Assembly: GCA_964542815.1 (NCBI GenBank)
Contig: CAZIUU010000001.1
Location: 12,206 to 70,149, forward strand
Source: an uncultured Methanosarcinales archaeon
GTDB lineage: Archaea; Nanobdellota; Nanobdellia; Woesearchaeales; GW2011-AR9
Direction of reading: 5' to 3'
DNA: 57,944 bases
Part shown: positions 34,976 to 44,658 of the stretch, piece after piece
How the letters are laid out: every line of letters begins with the position of its first letter
Position numbering within the stretch: position 1 is the stretch's first letter
Position numbers and translations under genes: made by a program
Notes under the pieces: model-generated
What the model saw: only the letters and a program-made list of their open reading frames with translations
Databases searched by the model: none
Told to the model about the DNA's origin: nothing

Positions 34976-36874
34976 ATGACGGAATCTACCCGGGATCTGG
35001 TTGTGCGAAGAATTAATAGAATAGGCACTCCAGCAAGTGAGAGAATAATTGACTGTTTGGACTATTTGGTAGAAGACGATGGGAATGATGAGGATGATGG
35101 GAATGATAAGAGCCGCAGGCTTCAGTTAAAAGACGATCCTGAATTGGTGTTCCATTTAGGGATCTCCCTGTTAGAGACAGCAGTTGAGCCTATCCCAGAT
35201 AAACGGTTCTATCAAAAAGTAAGTGGTAAATTAAACCGCTGCTTTGACAAAAGCGAAGGGTTTAAGCTGGATAACTATGGCTTAAAATGCCTTCCTGATT
35301 CTGTGCAGGCTGCAAAGAACACTTCAGTTGATGTTAGATTCATGGCTCAAAGTAGTTGGGTGTTAGGTCTACTGAGGGAGAAGCAGGGGTATTCCTACCA
35401 AGTGCGTGAGGCGTTAAGTAAAATTAATGTTTTCTATGTCCAACACGGCGCAGCAGAAAAACCAGAAACCAGAATTAAGTGCTTATTGGAAATTTCTGAC
35501 GAGCTTAACGAGCCTAATGCATTAGTCTGGCTAACTTGGTTATATCTCAACAAAAGCGATTGGAACAACACGTTAAAGTATGCGCAGAAAGGTATTGCTA
35601 ATGCTAAGCTGACCGACGATGAAATTACCAAGTCATTCCTGTTGCAATCTTTAGTTAAGAGTGTGTATGAGCTAAAATGTAATGAAGAGGGAAAATGGAA
35701 AGGTGGGATTGTAGATCTTTTAGGAGATAATCTTGAGGCTTATACTTTACTAGAGAGGTGGTGCGGTGATAATCTCGGTAAGATTAGTGGTTTTTATTCT
35801 AATGCCTTGTCCGAGATAGAAAGAAAGAAAGATAAGAGTCCAGAATATCAAGTTCTAGAGGGAATATTACATTCACGAAGAGGTAGAGTATACCGAAAAA
35901 TGGCTCGCAAGGCAGTTGGTTTTAGTTTACCGACTGCTGGAGCTTGGTATCAGTTGGTTTTAAGAGATGTTCCAGATGATGCAGAAGCAAACCTAATGCT
36001 GGCGCGCCTGGATGCTGAACTGAATAAACTAGAAGGGGCCTCTGCTAAATACCAAAAAGTGCTTAGCTTGGAGAGTTGCCCAATTGAATTTAAAGTTGAG
36101 GCATACTTATTCCTCGCGAGGAAAACGTCCGGTTTAACTTCGAACAATGAGCAATATTATGCTAAAGTGCTGGAGCTGCAGCCAGACAATCTTGAAGCAC
36201 AATTGTTTATGGGCGCTTTAAAGCTGTGGGGGAGTGTTGTTCTGGGTGGAATTAATGCTTCCAACCTAAGAATGGCAGAAGGATATTATACTTCTGTCTT
36301 GAGTAAAGACGCCGATAACTTTAGTGCTTGGCGGGGGTTAGGCCGATGTTATTTTTACCAGAAGCAATGGGAGCAGGCTTTTGGCTGTTTTGAGAAGTGT
36401 TTTGATGCACTGCCAAATGATAGTACAGCAGAACAATCTGGCGAGCACCGCTCTTTCTTCGTCCAGGGGGATTTTGCAGCAATGCTGTTTAGCCGGTATA
36501 AGTATTCTTGTTATACTGATGATTTGCCGAGTGCGGCTTTGGACGCGGAAAGGATGATTAAATCTTCAAAGGCAACCCGCATGCTAGATCAGCATACCTT
36601 TGCTTATCTTGCATCTGATTTAACTTTAAAATTATCTCAAGCCTCGGTTAATAATGTTAACCTCCGTTCATCACATGACCGTAAACATTATTTCGGGTTG
36701 GATCCCTTAGGGTTGGAGGTTAGCGACAACCCGGTTGAGGTTCTTAACCGAATTAAGGAAGAGGTTAAAGTTATTTCTAAATTGGGATACAATTATAGCT
36801 CGGTTACTGCCAAGCCGCCGCTTCTGGCACGAGCATATTTAGCTTTAGTGGGCAAGCGAGGTGATTCCAGATGA
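34976..36874 (+). CDS. TPR-repeat protein
   Basis: Multiple 34-residue repeats, e.g. AEGYYTSVLSKDADNFSAWRGLGRCYFYQKQWEQAFGCFEKCFDALPND and YYAKVLELQPDNLEAQLF. Confidence 0.75.
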   Translation: MTESTRDLVVRRINRIGTPASERIIDCLDYLVEDDGNDEDDGNDKSRRLQLKDDPELVFHLGISLLETAVEPIPDKRFYQKVSGKLNRCFDKSEGFKLDNYGLKCLPDSVQAAKNTSVDVRFMAQSSWVLGLLREKQGYSYQVREALSKINVFYVQHGAAEKPETRIKCLLEISDELNEPNALVWLTWLYLNKSDWNNTLKYAQKGIANAKLTDDEITKSFLLQSLVKSVYELKCNEEGKWKGGIVDLLGDNLEAYTLLERWCGDNLGKISGFYSNALSEIERKKDKSPEYQVLEGILHSRRGRVYRKMARKAVGFSLPTAGAWYQLVLRDVPDDAEANLMLARLDAELNKLEGASAKYQKVLSLESCPIEFKVEAYLFLARKTSGLTSNNEQYYAKVLELQPDNLEAQLFMGALKLWGSVVLGGINASNLRMAEGYYTSVLSKDADNFSAWRGLGRCYFYQKQWEQAFGCFEKCFDALPNDSTAEQSGEHRSFFVQGDFAAMLFSRYKYSCYTDDLPSAALDAERMIKSSKATRMLDQHTFAYLASDLTLKLSQASVNNVNLRSSHDRKHYFGLDPLGLEVSDNPVEVLNRIKEEVKVISKLGYNYSSVTAKPPLLARAYLALVGKRGDSR

Positions 36875-38154
36875 GTGAAAATATAAATTTGGTGTTTGGT
36901 GTCGGCGCAGACGATAATAACTTGGAGAAAGGGATATATACTTGCTCCTGGAATCAGGAAGATAGAACAGCTAAGTTGTGGAAACGATTGGGGCTGGATG
37001 GGAAGGAAGATGTAGAAGGCGGTCAAACTCCTCGGGTGATTAAGTGCGTAGGTGATAAAATATGTGCTGCAACCAGGGGAGGAATTTTTGTGGTAAATCG
37101 GGCTGGAGTAACCGTTGAGCAAAGGAAACTTGAAGACTTATTCCCACCAGAAGACGAGGACGAGGCTAAGAAACTCACGGACAAACCTACCGCCAAAGTT
37201 GGAATGCTTTTCACCGAAAGCAAAAGCTTGTTTGTATCCCTCTCCCTCCCTTCCAAAGATAAAGCTGGAAAGCCAATTTATCTTGGCCGCTTACTGTACT
37301 CCCCGAATGGGAACTTGGATCAGCTTAAGCCATTGCCCAACAAATCTGTTTCATCTTCAGTTGTTCCATCTTCGGCTCCAGTTTATTATAATCATAGAGG
37401 GATAGAAAAAGTACTGATTCCGAGCCAGAACCATCTGGAAACCATAATCCTGAATAAAGGCCTGGTGCAGGGCAGTGGCCCTCACTATCCCACTAAAGAT
37501 GGTCCTTTAGATGGCAACATACTTTCAGTATCAACTGCAGGCGGCATTATAGTGTGCACTGATGATAAAGATGGTTATTTAATTGTTGATGAGAGAGGGG
37601 ATAGGAAGAGAGAGAGATATTATCGCCGCGAGGCTGAATCTGACTTTCTCTTGGATGATAATTGCGGGGAGTATCTCCCGTCTGAAGCAACGGCTTCATT
37701 AGTAACTTTCATTGATAACAAGGCGTATGTATTGATGGGCATGAATGATGGGATTTTGGGTGCTTATGAAATTTACTCTGGTGCTGGCTATCCCAAACTG
37801 CTTCTTAGAAATATGATACAATTGATATCTGACTGGAAATCACTGGAAGTATCACGTGGAGGCGGCCCGATTTATGGGCTTAAAGAGCATATCGGGTATT
37901 TGCAGTTTACCATGCGTAATTTGTATTTTAGAATGTCTTGCAGGGATGTACTTAACCCCCAAAAGTCTATAATTACTGAGGAAGAAGAGAATCAAAAGCC
38001 AGTAATAAAAGTAGATGAAGCCACCGGGAAAAAGGAAGAAGACTTTAACACTGGTTACTTATCGATTTTGGAACAAAAATTCGAGCCAAGATTAGCGATT
38101 TGTGGAACCCCGCACCGGATATCTTGTTGGGATAATTATAATGGTGGTGATTAA
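36871..38154 (+). CDS. beta-rich (propeller-like) protein, unknown function
   Basis: ATGA overlap with the TPR gene. Repeated strand/turn motifs: ICAATRGGIFVVNRAG, VSTAGGIIVCTDDKDGYLIV, LMGMNDGILGAYEI. Confidence 0.45.
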   Translation: MSENINLVFGVGADDNNLEKGIYTCSWNQEDRTAKLWKRLGLDGKEDVEGGQTPRVIKCVGDKICAATRGGIFVVNRAGVTVEQRKLEDLFPPEDEDEAKKLTDKPTAKVGMLFTESKSLFVSLSLPSKDKAGKPIYLGRLLYSPNGNLDQLKPLPNKSVSSSVVPSSAPVYYNHRGIEKVLIPSQNHLETIILNKGLVQGSGPHYPTKDGPLDGNILSVSTAGGIIVCTDDKDGYLIVDERGDRKRERYYRREAESDFLLDDNCGEYLPSEATASLVTFIDNKAYVLMGMNDGILGAYEIYSGAGYPKLLLRNMIQLISDWKSLEVSRGGGPIYGLKEHIGYLQFTMRNLYFRMSCRDVLNPQKSIITEEEENQKPVIKVDEATGKKEEDFNTGYLSILEQKFEPRLAICGTPHRISCWDNYNGGD

Positions 38155-38162
38155 GCGCAAAC

Positions 38163-39587
38163 ATGAAAATATACGTAAGAGACGAAATAAACCGGCTGCA
38201 TGACCGGCGGGAGGATGCTCATTGTACTTCCAGCTTTAAAGATAAGGTGGGGAATAAATGGGAAATAGTTATAATTGCTGATGGGTTGAGCGGCTATCAT
38301 GGTGCAGTTGCCAGTGGAAAAAGTGTTAATGCGGTTAGGAACTATTTAACGGAGATTTTATCGCGAGATAAAGAATATTCTCCCGAAAACGCATTAAAGG
38401 GAGCTGTGCTCCATGCGAATGAGGAGTTGGAAAAAATCGGCACTACTTACACCACTATAGACACGGTTCTACTCTCTGAAGACAAATTGTATCTTGCCCA
38501 TCTGGGAGATAGCAGAGTGTATCTTGGTTTTGGGAGCACTTTAGAACTGGTGACTGAAGACCAGGGTGATTCTAATGGCCCTAAAAATTATATTGGATGC
38601 ACCTATATCGAAGGTAACTCTAAAAATATTGCTGCCAGAGTGGAATTGGCCGTAACCGAACTCCTCTCTAAAGGATATGCTAGGCCCTCTGAAATCTTGC
38701 TGGCTACTGATGGATTAATGAGTCGAGTAACCGATGCTGAGATCACTGAAATATGGGCCGATGCCCACAAAGTAAATTACGATCCCTCGGCAGTACTGGA
38801 GAAGTTCGTAGAACGTATTCGCCGTCCGGTTGGCAAGTTGAGTGAGCTGACAGAAAATCAAATACGGCGTATCGTGGGAGGGATACCAGATTTTAATCTT
38901 GGTCCTGGTGATTCTAAAGAGCAGATGATTGAGAAGATTTTAGATGCATATGTCCGAAGAGAAAGCGGGGAGTTGGTGAAAAGGATTGATGGAAATCTGA
39001 AGTATGACGATGCAACTCTGATTCTGGTCGACTTAAAAGATTCTGTTGGCAACAGTTTTGACGAATTAACAAAAGTTAAGATAAAACTTCCTGAAGTAGA
39101 GGGTGAGCGAGATGTATTTCGGGCTGATGCAATTGCAAAAGGAGAAAGAATCTCTCAGCTCACCGAAGAGAAAAGCAGCTTAGACGATACAATAAGAACA
39201 GAGAGGGAAGAAAGAAGAATTGAAGTAGAGAGATCGTTGGCGGAAATACAAGGATTAAACCAAACCATTTCTTCTCAACAGTTAACTATTGGTGATTATG
39301 TTCATAAGCTGGTTGAGATGATGGACAACACCTATTCCCTCGTTGAAAGGTACTTTACCCATCTAAAATCAGACGGCTTACCAAGACCACCTGTTGAAGA
39401 TGTAAACTTAATACAAATATTGCCTCCTGGGGAGAGAGGTAAACTACTACAAATATTTACAGAAGGGGTTAAATTAAAGGGAGAGTTGCCCACGACCTCT
39501 GGGCCGTCCTTAACTAAAAAAGTTGTTGGGGGCATTGGAAAAAGTGTTGTTGGGGTTTTAAAGTGGGGGGAGGAGAAAGATGAGTGA
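38163..39587 (+). CDS. PP2C-family Ser/Thr phosphatase with a C-terminal coiled coil
   Basis: IIADGLSGYHGAVAS, LAHLGDSRVYL, LATDGLMSRV and DDATLILVDL match the PP2C metal-binding motifs in order. Confidence 0.8.
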   Translation: MKIYVRDEINRLHDRREDAHCTSSFKDKVGNKWEIVIIADGLSGYHGAVASGKSVNAVRNYLTEILSRDKEYSPENALKGAVLHANEELEKIGTTYTTIDTVLLSEDKLYLAHLGDSRVYLGFGSTLELVTEDQGDSNGPKNYIGCTYIEGNSKNIAARVELAVTELLSKGYARPSEILLATDGLMSRVTDAEITEIWADAHKVNYDPSAVLEKFVERIRRPVGKLSELTENQIRRIVGGIPDFNLGPGDSKEQMIEKILDAYVRRESGELVKRIDGNLKYDDATLILVDLKDSVGNSFDELTKVKIKLPEVEGERDVFRADAIAKGERISQLTEEKSSLDDTIRTEREERRIEVERSLAEIQGLNQTISSQQLTIGDYVHKLVEMMDNTYSLVERYFTHLKSDGLPRPPVEDVNLIQILPPGERGKLLQIFTEGVKLKGELPTTSGPSLTKKVVGGIGKSVVGVLKWGEEKDE

Positions 39588-40932
39588 AGCAGATAATCTC
39601 TCCAGTGAGAAGCGCGGCATTAGTCAAGTTGTTGATCCGGAATTTATTCAAAAGTACAACAAACTCTCCAACTTAGTTAGTAGGCTGGTAGAAGAGTGTG
39701 AAGTACGAGATGAATATATCGCTAGCCAAAAAAGGCAGATATTGTCACTAAATGATTGCTTGAGCAATCCCGGTGGTGTAATTACTCTTGAAAGTGTTAT
39801 TGAGCGGGTGAAGACCGAGTTTAGAGCTGAACGAAGTAGGGTTAAAGATTCTGAAGATTTTTATCATTCCCTTACTGCGGTTCTGGGGTTAAGAAAGGAT
39901 GTGCCTTACGCGAGTGTAATCGATTCAGTTCAAAAGCTTAAAGAAGCTCCTAAGGAATTTGGCTTGGAGGGAAGTGGGAATACTGTTGTTGTAAATAATA
40001 ATCCCGGAAAATTACTCTATGCAACTATACTTGGGTCTAGCGTGGTTAGCGGATTAGTCTGTGCAACAGTGTTGCTATTAATGGGATATAAAGCACCAAG
40101 TCCTGATGGGCATCTAATTCGAGCGGCAGAATCAGAAATTGCATCTACCCGCCGTCCTCTGGAGATATCAGCTGATGAAAGGATAGGTAGGTGTGTTAGA
40201 GAAGTTAAAGGTTACGTCTCAAACAAATTATCCTACTTACCAGAGATTGCTAAACTGATATCACCAAGTCCGTCGTCAGTAGCAGCTGAGGCAACAAGTG
40301 TCCCAGAAACAGCATTAGTATCTGATGCAGCTAAAGTAGCTGTGGGCGGTATGTCTACACCACCTGATTCATCTAAGAAAGACATTACTTCTCCTAAAGT
40401 ATCACTAAGTAGAGTGGGGAGAGTAACTAAAGCCGAGATCAATTCAAAGTATTATACTCTCATAATTAGTGGAGAAATGGAACCAGTTACTTGTAGTGTG
40501 TCTTGTCCAAATACTCCAACAGTTACTAAACATTTAGATAATGTAGTGAATGATTATAAACTGCCGTTAAGCACATGTCCATTATACCACAATGAAATTT
40601 ATACTCGGGTGGTGTGTATAGACAAGCTTGGAAATATTTCAAAGCAGGCCGAAACTAGAACTAAAGTAAGTCTTAAGCTAGGAAAGAGCCCATCTAAGTC
40701 AGGTACGAAAACTGAGGTGGTTCCTGAGTCAGCAGTTGTGTCGCCGGAGGCAAGCACCACTAAAACTGATACCGTTTCTAATCCTGCAATCACAGCACCA
40801 GACAAACCCTCAGCTCCACCTGGGCCAACTGACATCAAAACCGAAGTAACTCCGCCCCCGGAAGTTCCAGCATCGGATAAACCCTCTGCTAAACCATCTG
40901 AAAGTGGACCAAACCAAGAACTAACTAAATAA
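39580..40932 (+). CDS. coiled-coil / single-pass membrane protein with an extracellular beta domain and a Pro/Thr/Ser-rich tail
   Basis: 8-nt overlap with the PP2C gene. TM helix LLYATILGSSVVSGLVCATVLLLMGY. PT-rich C-terminus. Confidence 0.55.
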   Translation: MSEADNLSSEKRGISQVVDPEFIQKYNKLSNLVSRLVEECEVRDEYIASQKRQILSLNDCLSNPGGVITLESVIERVKTEFRAERSRVKDSEDFYHSLTAVLGLRKDVPYASVIDSVQKLKEAPKEFGLEGSGNTVVVNNNPGKLLYATILGSSVVSGLVCATVLLLMGYKAPSPDGHLIRAAESEIASTRRPLEISADERIGRCVREVKGYVSNKLSYLPEIAKLISPSPSSVAAEATSVPETALVSDAAKVAVGGMSTPPDSSKKDITSPKVSLSRVGRVTKAEINSKYYTLIISGEMEPVTCSVSCPNTPTVTKHLDNVVNDYKLPLSTCPLYHNEIYTRVVCIDKLGNISKQAETRTKVSLKLGKSPSKSGTKTEVVPESAVVSPEASTTKTDTVSNPAITAPDKPSAPPGPTDIKTEVTPPPEVPASDKPSAKPSESGPNQELTK

Positions 40933-40954
40933 AGATTAACCAATTTAAAAAACC

Positions 40955-43048
40955 ATGACCAACCAAGATAGAACTTACAAATTGAACAATGGCGGCGTGC
41001 TTAGCAATATTGTTAAGCATAGCAATGGCACCATGAGCTCCAGATACACCGGTGATTATTCTGTTGATGGCGAATCCGCACACAGAGTCTTTTTTAAGTT
41101 GTTTAGGGGTGACTCAGATAGCTGTACCAGCCCAGCCAGCAGGGAAATACAGAAAAATGAGATATTGGTTTTAGAATTCATCAAGTTACATTTCCCCCAA
41201 TTAACTTTGTACGAGGGGTACAGCAGAGTTAATGGGGCATTATGTATACTTTCTAAGTTCATCCCAGGGCTGGGTAAAACTACTGCAAATACTCTTTGGG
41301 ACTTAATGGGAGTTGATGATGATTTCAAAGATATCACTGCAGGAATGGAAACTGCTGATTCCCTAATTCGCAAGAGGAGAGTGGTAGCCGAGAATAAATT
41401 AAATTCGTTGGAGGAAGCGGTTTATCTCTCTACAGAGATGTGTGAGCAGGCCGACTTATTCCATGGTGCCCAGCAGAAAAATGCTGATGGCCAGCTTCTA
41501 AAAGACGGGATGGTCTTAGTCGACATTTCACCAAGCAATGTCTTGATTTATCAGGATAATGAAGGAAGAAAAAAAGTTTTACTAAATGATTTCGGTTTAG
41601 CTCGGGAGAGAGGTATAAAAGCAGAAAAGTTGTACAGCCGAGCGTCAGTTAGCGGAGTCGGGGGAAGTTATTATACCACCAAGTCAGGGATAACGGTTAA
41701 TCGGGTATATCATCCACCTAACTTTGATAAGGATTATGAGAATAGCATTGAGCCATCATACGATACTTATAATCTGGTGAATATCTTGTGCCTGATGCTT
41801 ACCGGTAAGTTGGTAGAACCGCTAAAAGAGGAATCCAAAGAAGATCAGACTATACTGACCCAGCATATAATTGATAAGGTTAAAGAGAGATACCCTTTTG
41901 TTAAGGATGAAACCTGCCAAGATTTAGCTAAGATGATTGTTAAAGGGACTTCCACCAAAGATGAGCGTTATTCTTCTGCCGGAAAAATTGCTGAAGAGCT
42001 TAAAGCATTAAGGTTATCTATGCCTGTAGGGTACCAAGCCAACCATCCCACTATAAATCTAATAGCATTGCCTGGCTACCTGAAAGAGTGTCAATTAGAT
42101 TTGCCTCCGAATGAAGAGATGAAAGCTGCACATGATATTTTTATTCCCCCAGCAGCGCCTCCTACAACAGTTTCAGACGAGGCTTTTCTCGCTTCGGTGA
42201 GAGATTACTGCTCTAAGCCCAAAGAGCTGTACTTACTTATTCCGATTGCTGGTGAAGCTAAAATGTCCGATGGAAAAAAAAAACAGACTTTTCGGAAAGC
42301 GCTGAAAATCGGGATTGCTGCGGTTTCAGCCGCCGCCATAGCTGCTGCGGGATATTTTATCTCGACCAGTGACGGCTGCGAATATAAATTGCATGCATAT
42401 GCACCCCCTACCGTAAACCTTCACGAAAAGCGTGGAGATAATGGGAAAATATATGAGTTGAATGGAATTATTAAAAATAGTCCTTATGGGTTATCTAACG
42501 TTAAATTGTACGAAGATAATACTTTAATTCAGGAATGGAGTGATAACTTGGGAACAAGATTAGATGTTAATCGAGAGGTAAGCTGCCCTTATGGCAGGAC
42601 TTATACTTTAGAAGCGAGGGATAAGTTTGGGGGGGTTGGTACTGATAGCATAGAAATAAAGCCACAGGAATTCGGCGGGAAGATGGTCGATTGCCGGGAA
42701 AAAGTTGCTTCACTTTTAGGAATAGAAAATCTAGGCGAATCAACCATAACTGCCTCTGAGCAGGAAGCTTTAGGAAGTAAGTATTCCTATTATTATGGGA
42801 GGTTAAAAGCTAATCCTTTGCTCTCCGAAAAAATAGTAGTTGCTTATGTTGAAGATAATGGGGGCTCAGTGATTGCATGTGGAAGCAGCTGTGAAAAAAA
42901 ACTTATTTCTCTCTATGAACAAATAGCTCCTGCCGGAATTGATGATGTTGCTGCTTTAGATGATTTTATCTTGGGCATGGAGTCGTCTTGTGGAAGGATG
43001 GGTCCAACAGAACTTTACTGTGTGCCACTATCTGTAGTGAAAGAGTAA
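40955..43048 (+). CDS. transmembrane receptor-type Ser/Thr kinase (cytoplasmic kinase, TM helix, extracellular beta domains)
   Basis: LVDISPSNVLIY (catalytic Asp/Asn), LLNDFGLARE (DFG), DTYNLVNILCLMLTG (subdomain IX). TM helix IGIAAVSAAAIAAAGYFI. About 240-aa C-terminal ectodomain. Confidence 0.75.
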   Translation: MTNQDRTYKLNNGGVLSNIVKHSNGTMSSRYTGDYSVDGESAHRVFFKLFRGDSDSCTSPASREIQKNEILVLEFIKLHFPQLTLYEGYSRVNGALCILSKFIPGLGKTTANTLWDLMGVDDDFKDITAGMETADSLIRKRRVVAENKLNSLEEAVYLSTEMCEQADLFHGAQQKNADGQLLKDGMVLVDISPSNVLIYQDNEGRKKVLLNDFGLARERGIKAEKLYSRASVSGVGGSYYTTKSGITVNRVYHPPNFDKDYENSIEPSYDTYNLVNILCLMLTGKLVEPLKEESKEDQTILTQHIIDKVKERYPFVKDETCQDLAKMIVKGTSTKDERYSSAGKIAEELKALRLSMPVGYQANHPTINLIALPGYLKECQLDLPPNEEMKAAHDIFIPPAAPPTTVSDEAFLASVRDYCSKPKELYLLIPIAGEAKMSDGKKKQTFRKALKIGIAAVSAAAIAAAGYFISTSDGCEYKLHAYAPPTVNLHEKRGDNGKIYELNGIIKNSPYGLSNVKLYEDNTLIQEWSDNLGTRLDVNREVSCPYGRTYTLEARDKFGGVGTDSIEIKPQEFGGKMVDCREKVASLLGIENLGESTITASEQEALGSKYSYYYGRLKANPLLSEKIVVAYVEDNGGSVIACGSSCEKKLISLYEQIAPAGIDDVAALDDFILGMESSCGRMGPTELYCVPLSVVKE

Positions 43049-43052
43049 TGGC

Positions 43053-44624
43053 TCATTTGTAATTAACTTTGCTTTTACTTATCCCTTCTCTCAGCGCAAT
43101 GTAAATTATGGCATCATCACCTAATAATTTTTCCCCTACTTTACCAAACTTTTGTTTATCTATACTGCCTACTCTGTCTTTAAGTGTAGTACAAGAATAT
43201 TCCCCTTTCTCATTTATTCCAGCTATCTGCAGGCATAATTGTTTCAGCGAAGAGTCTTGAGTATATCGTGAATATCTAGCTCCGGCTATGGCTAGATCCT
43301 GCTCTTTGACGATGGACATCCACGGAATATCTTTATTGGGAATAGCATCTATTGGTTTTTGGTTTGGGTTTGGTGCAACATCCTTAATTTGTGGCTTGAG
43401 TTCGTATTCCCCCACTGTTATATTTAATTCTCTTTTTTTGGTGAGCTGAGTCGCAGTAACATACTTACTTATCCTATCAATCCAATCGAACTGATCTTGC
43501 AGTAATTTAACTGTGTTTGATTCACCCAAGCGTTCACAATATTCTTTTAACTCCATTGCTCTGTCAGCATAATTGCTTAATCTGGTATAATTATGCGAAT
43601 TGATATTCGCAGTTATGGTTTTGGTTAATTCAGAACATTCAGTTTTAGCTAATTCGGTAAGTTCTTTTTTTCTATCTTCCTTTAGTTTTTTCAGATCATG
43701 AGCTAGTTGGTGAAAATCGGCTAGATCTTTTTTTAGAAGCAGATAATCAGTTGCAGGTGCTGTAACATTATTCGGTATTACCACTTTGTCAACATAAGTT
43801 TGGTTTAGTGCCGGGCTATTATTACTGAGATATACAAAGTCATCACGAAGTGTAATAATTTCCTGCCATAGTTCTCTCTTTACTTTCTGAAACCCTGCCG
43901 AATTTTCGGTTACTTTTTCGATATCATCTTTAATCTGTGTGAATGCTTCTAATGGCGATGCGTCTAATATTGTTAGCTCTTCATTGCTTAATCTATTTTC
44001 AGGTCTTTGTTTAAGTTTGTGTTTTATTCCATCGGCTTTCTGCCAGAAATCATGTTCAAATTCATGTTTAAATTTGATAACCTCATCAACACTAGTTAAT
44101 TGGGCATACTGCTTAAGATATTTTTCTGCCATTTGAGGCGAAGCTATGAATGCTAATTCTGACATATCAGCATAGAACTGATTTAATTGTGTTTTTCCGG
44201 GGAATAATTCTGGGTCGAGATCAGCAGCGCAACGGTACTTGGAACAAAGCTCCATGACCGAGGTTAGTTCTCCTTCTTTATTTGCTTCTGTAGAATTGTG
44301 CCATCTTTTAAAGCCAACTTTTATTTGTGGGGCTAATGATAAATATTCTTTTCGTCTTTGTGATAAAACTTCTACAATCTCTTCAAAAGCGTGATTAGCT
44401 TCTTTAATCTCCCGATAGCTGGAAGGCGGCAAATCTCCTCCGCAGGTTTTTTGTAGATGGATAATCTCGTCTTGTAATCTTCTTAATCCTGATTGAGCTC
44501 GGATTAAATTATCTGCGGTTAGTTGTTCTGGATTAGTTAATGCTTTTCTTCTGTTAATAATCTCTTCCAAACATTTCTTGTTATCAATCCAATACATATA
44601 TGCATCCGTTTGTGTACTCATCAT
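43053..44624 (-). CDS. large alpha-helical protein, unknown function; last gene of the minus-strand cluster
   Basis: ORF track. Helical and coiled-coil composition. No motif recognised. Confidence 0.45.
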   Translation of the reverse strand: MMSTQTDAYMYWIDNKKCLEEIINRRKALTNPEQLTADNLIRAQSGLRRLQDEIIHLQKTCGGDLPPSSYREIKEANHAFEEIVEVLSQRRKEYLSLAPQIKVGFKRWHNSTEANKEGELTSVMELCSKYRCAADLDPELFPGKTQLNQFYADMSELAFIASPQMAEKYLKQYAQLTSVDEVIKFKHEFEHDFWQKADGIKHKLKQRPENRLSNEELTILDASPLEAFTQIKDDIEKVTENSAGFQKVKRELWQEIITLRDDFVYLSNNSPALNQTYVDKVVIPNNVTAPATDYLLLKKDLADFHQLAHDLKKLKEDRKKELTELAKTECSELTKTITANINSHNYTRLSNYADRAMELKEYCERLGESNTVKLLQDQFDWIDRISKYVTATQLTKKRELNITVGEYELKPQIKDVAPNPNQKPIDAIPNKDIPWMSIVKEQDLAIAGARYSRYTQDSSLKQLCLQIAGINEKGEYSCTTLKDRVGSIDKQKFGKVGEKLLGDDAIIYIALREGISKSKVNYK

Positions 44625-44658
44625 GATTAATACCTCCGATGTTTTTATTATTGTTGTA

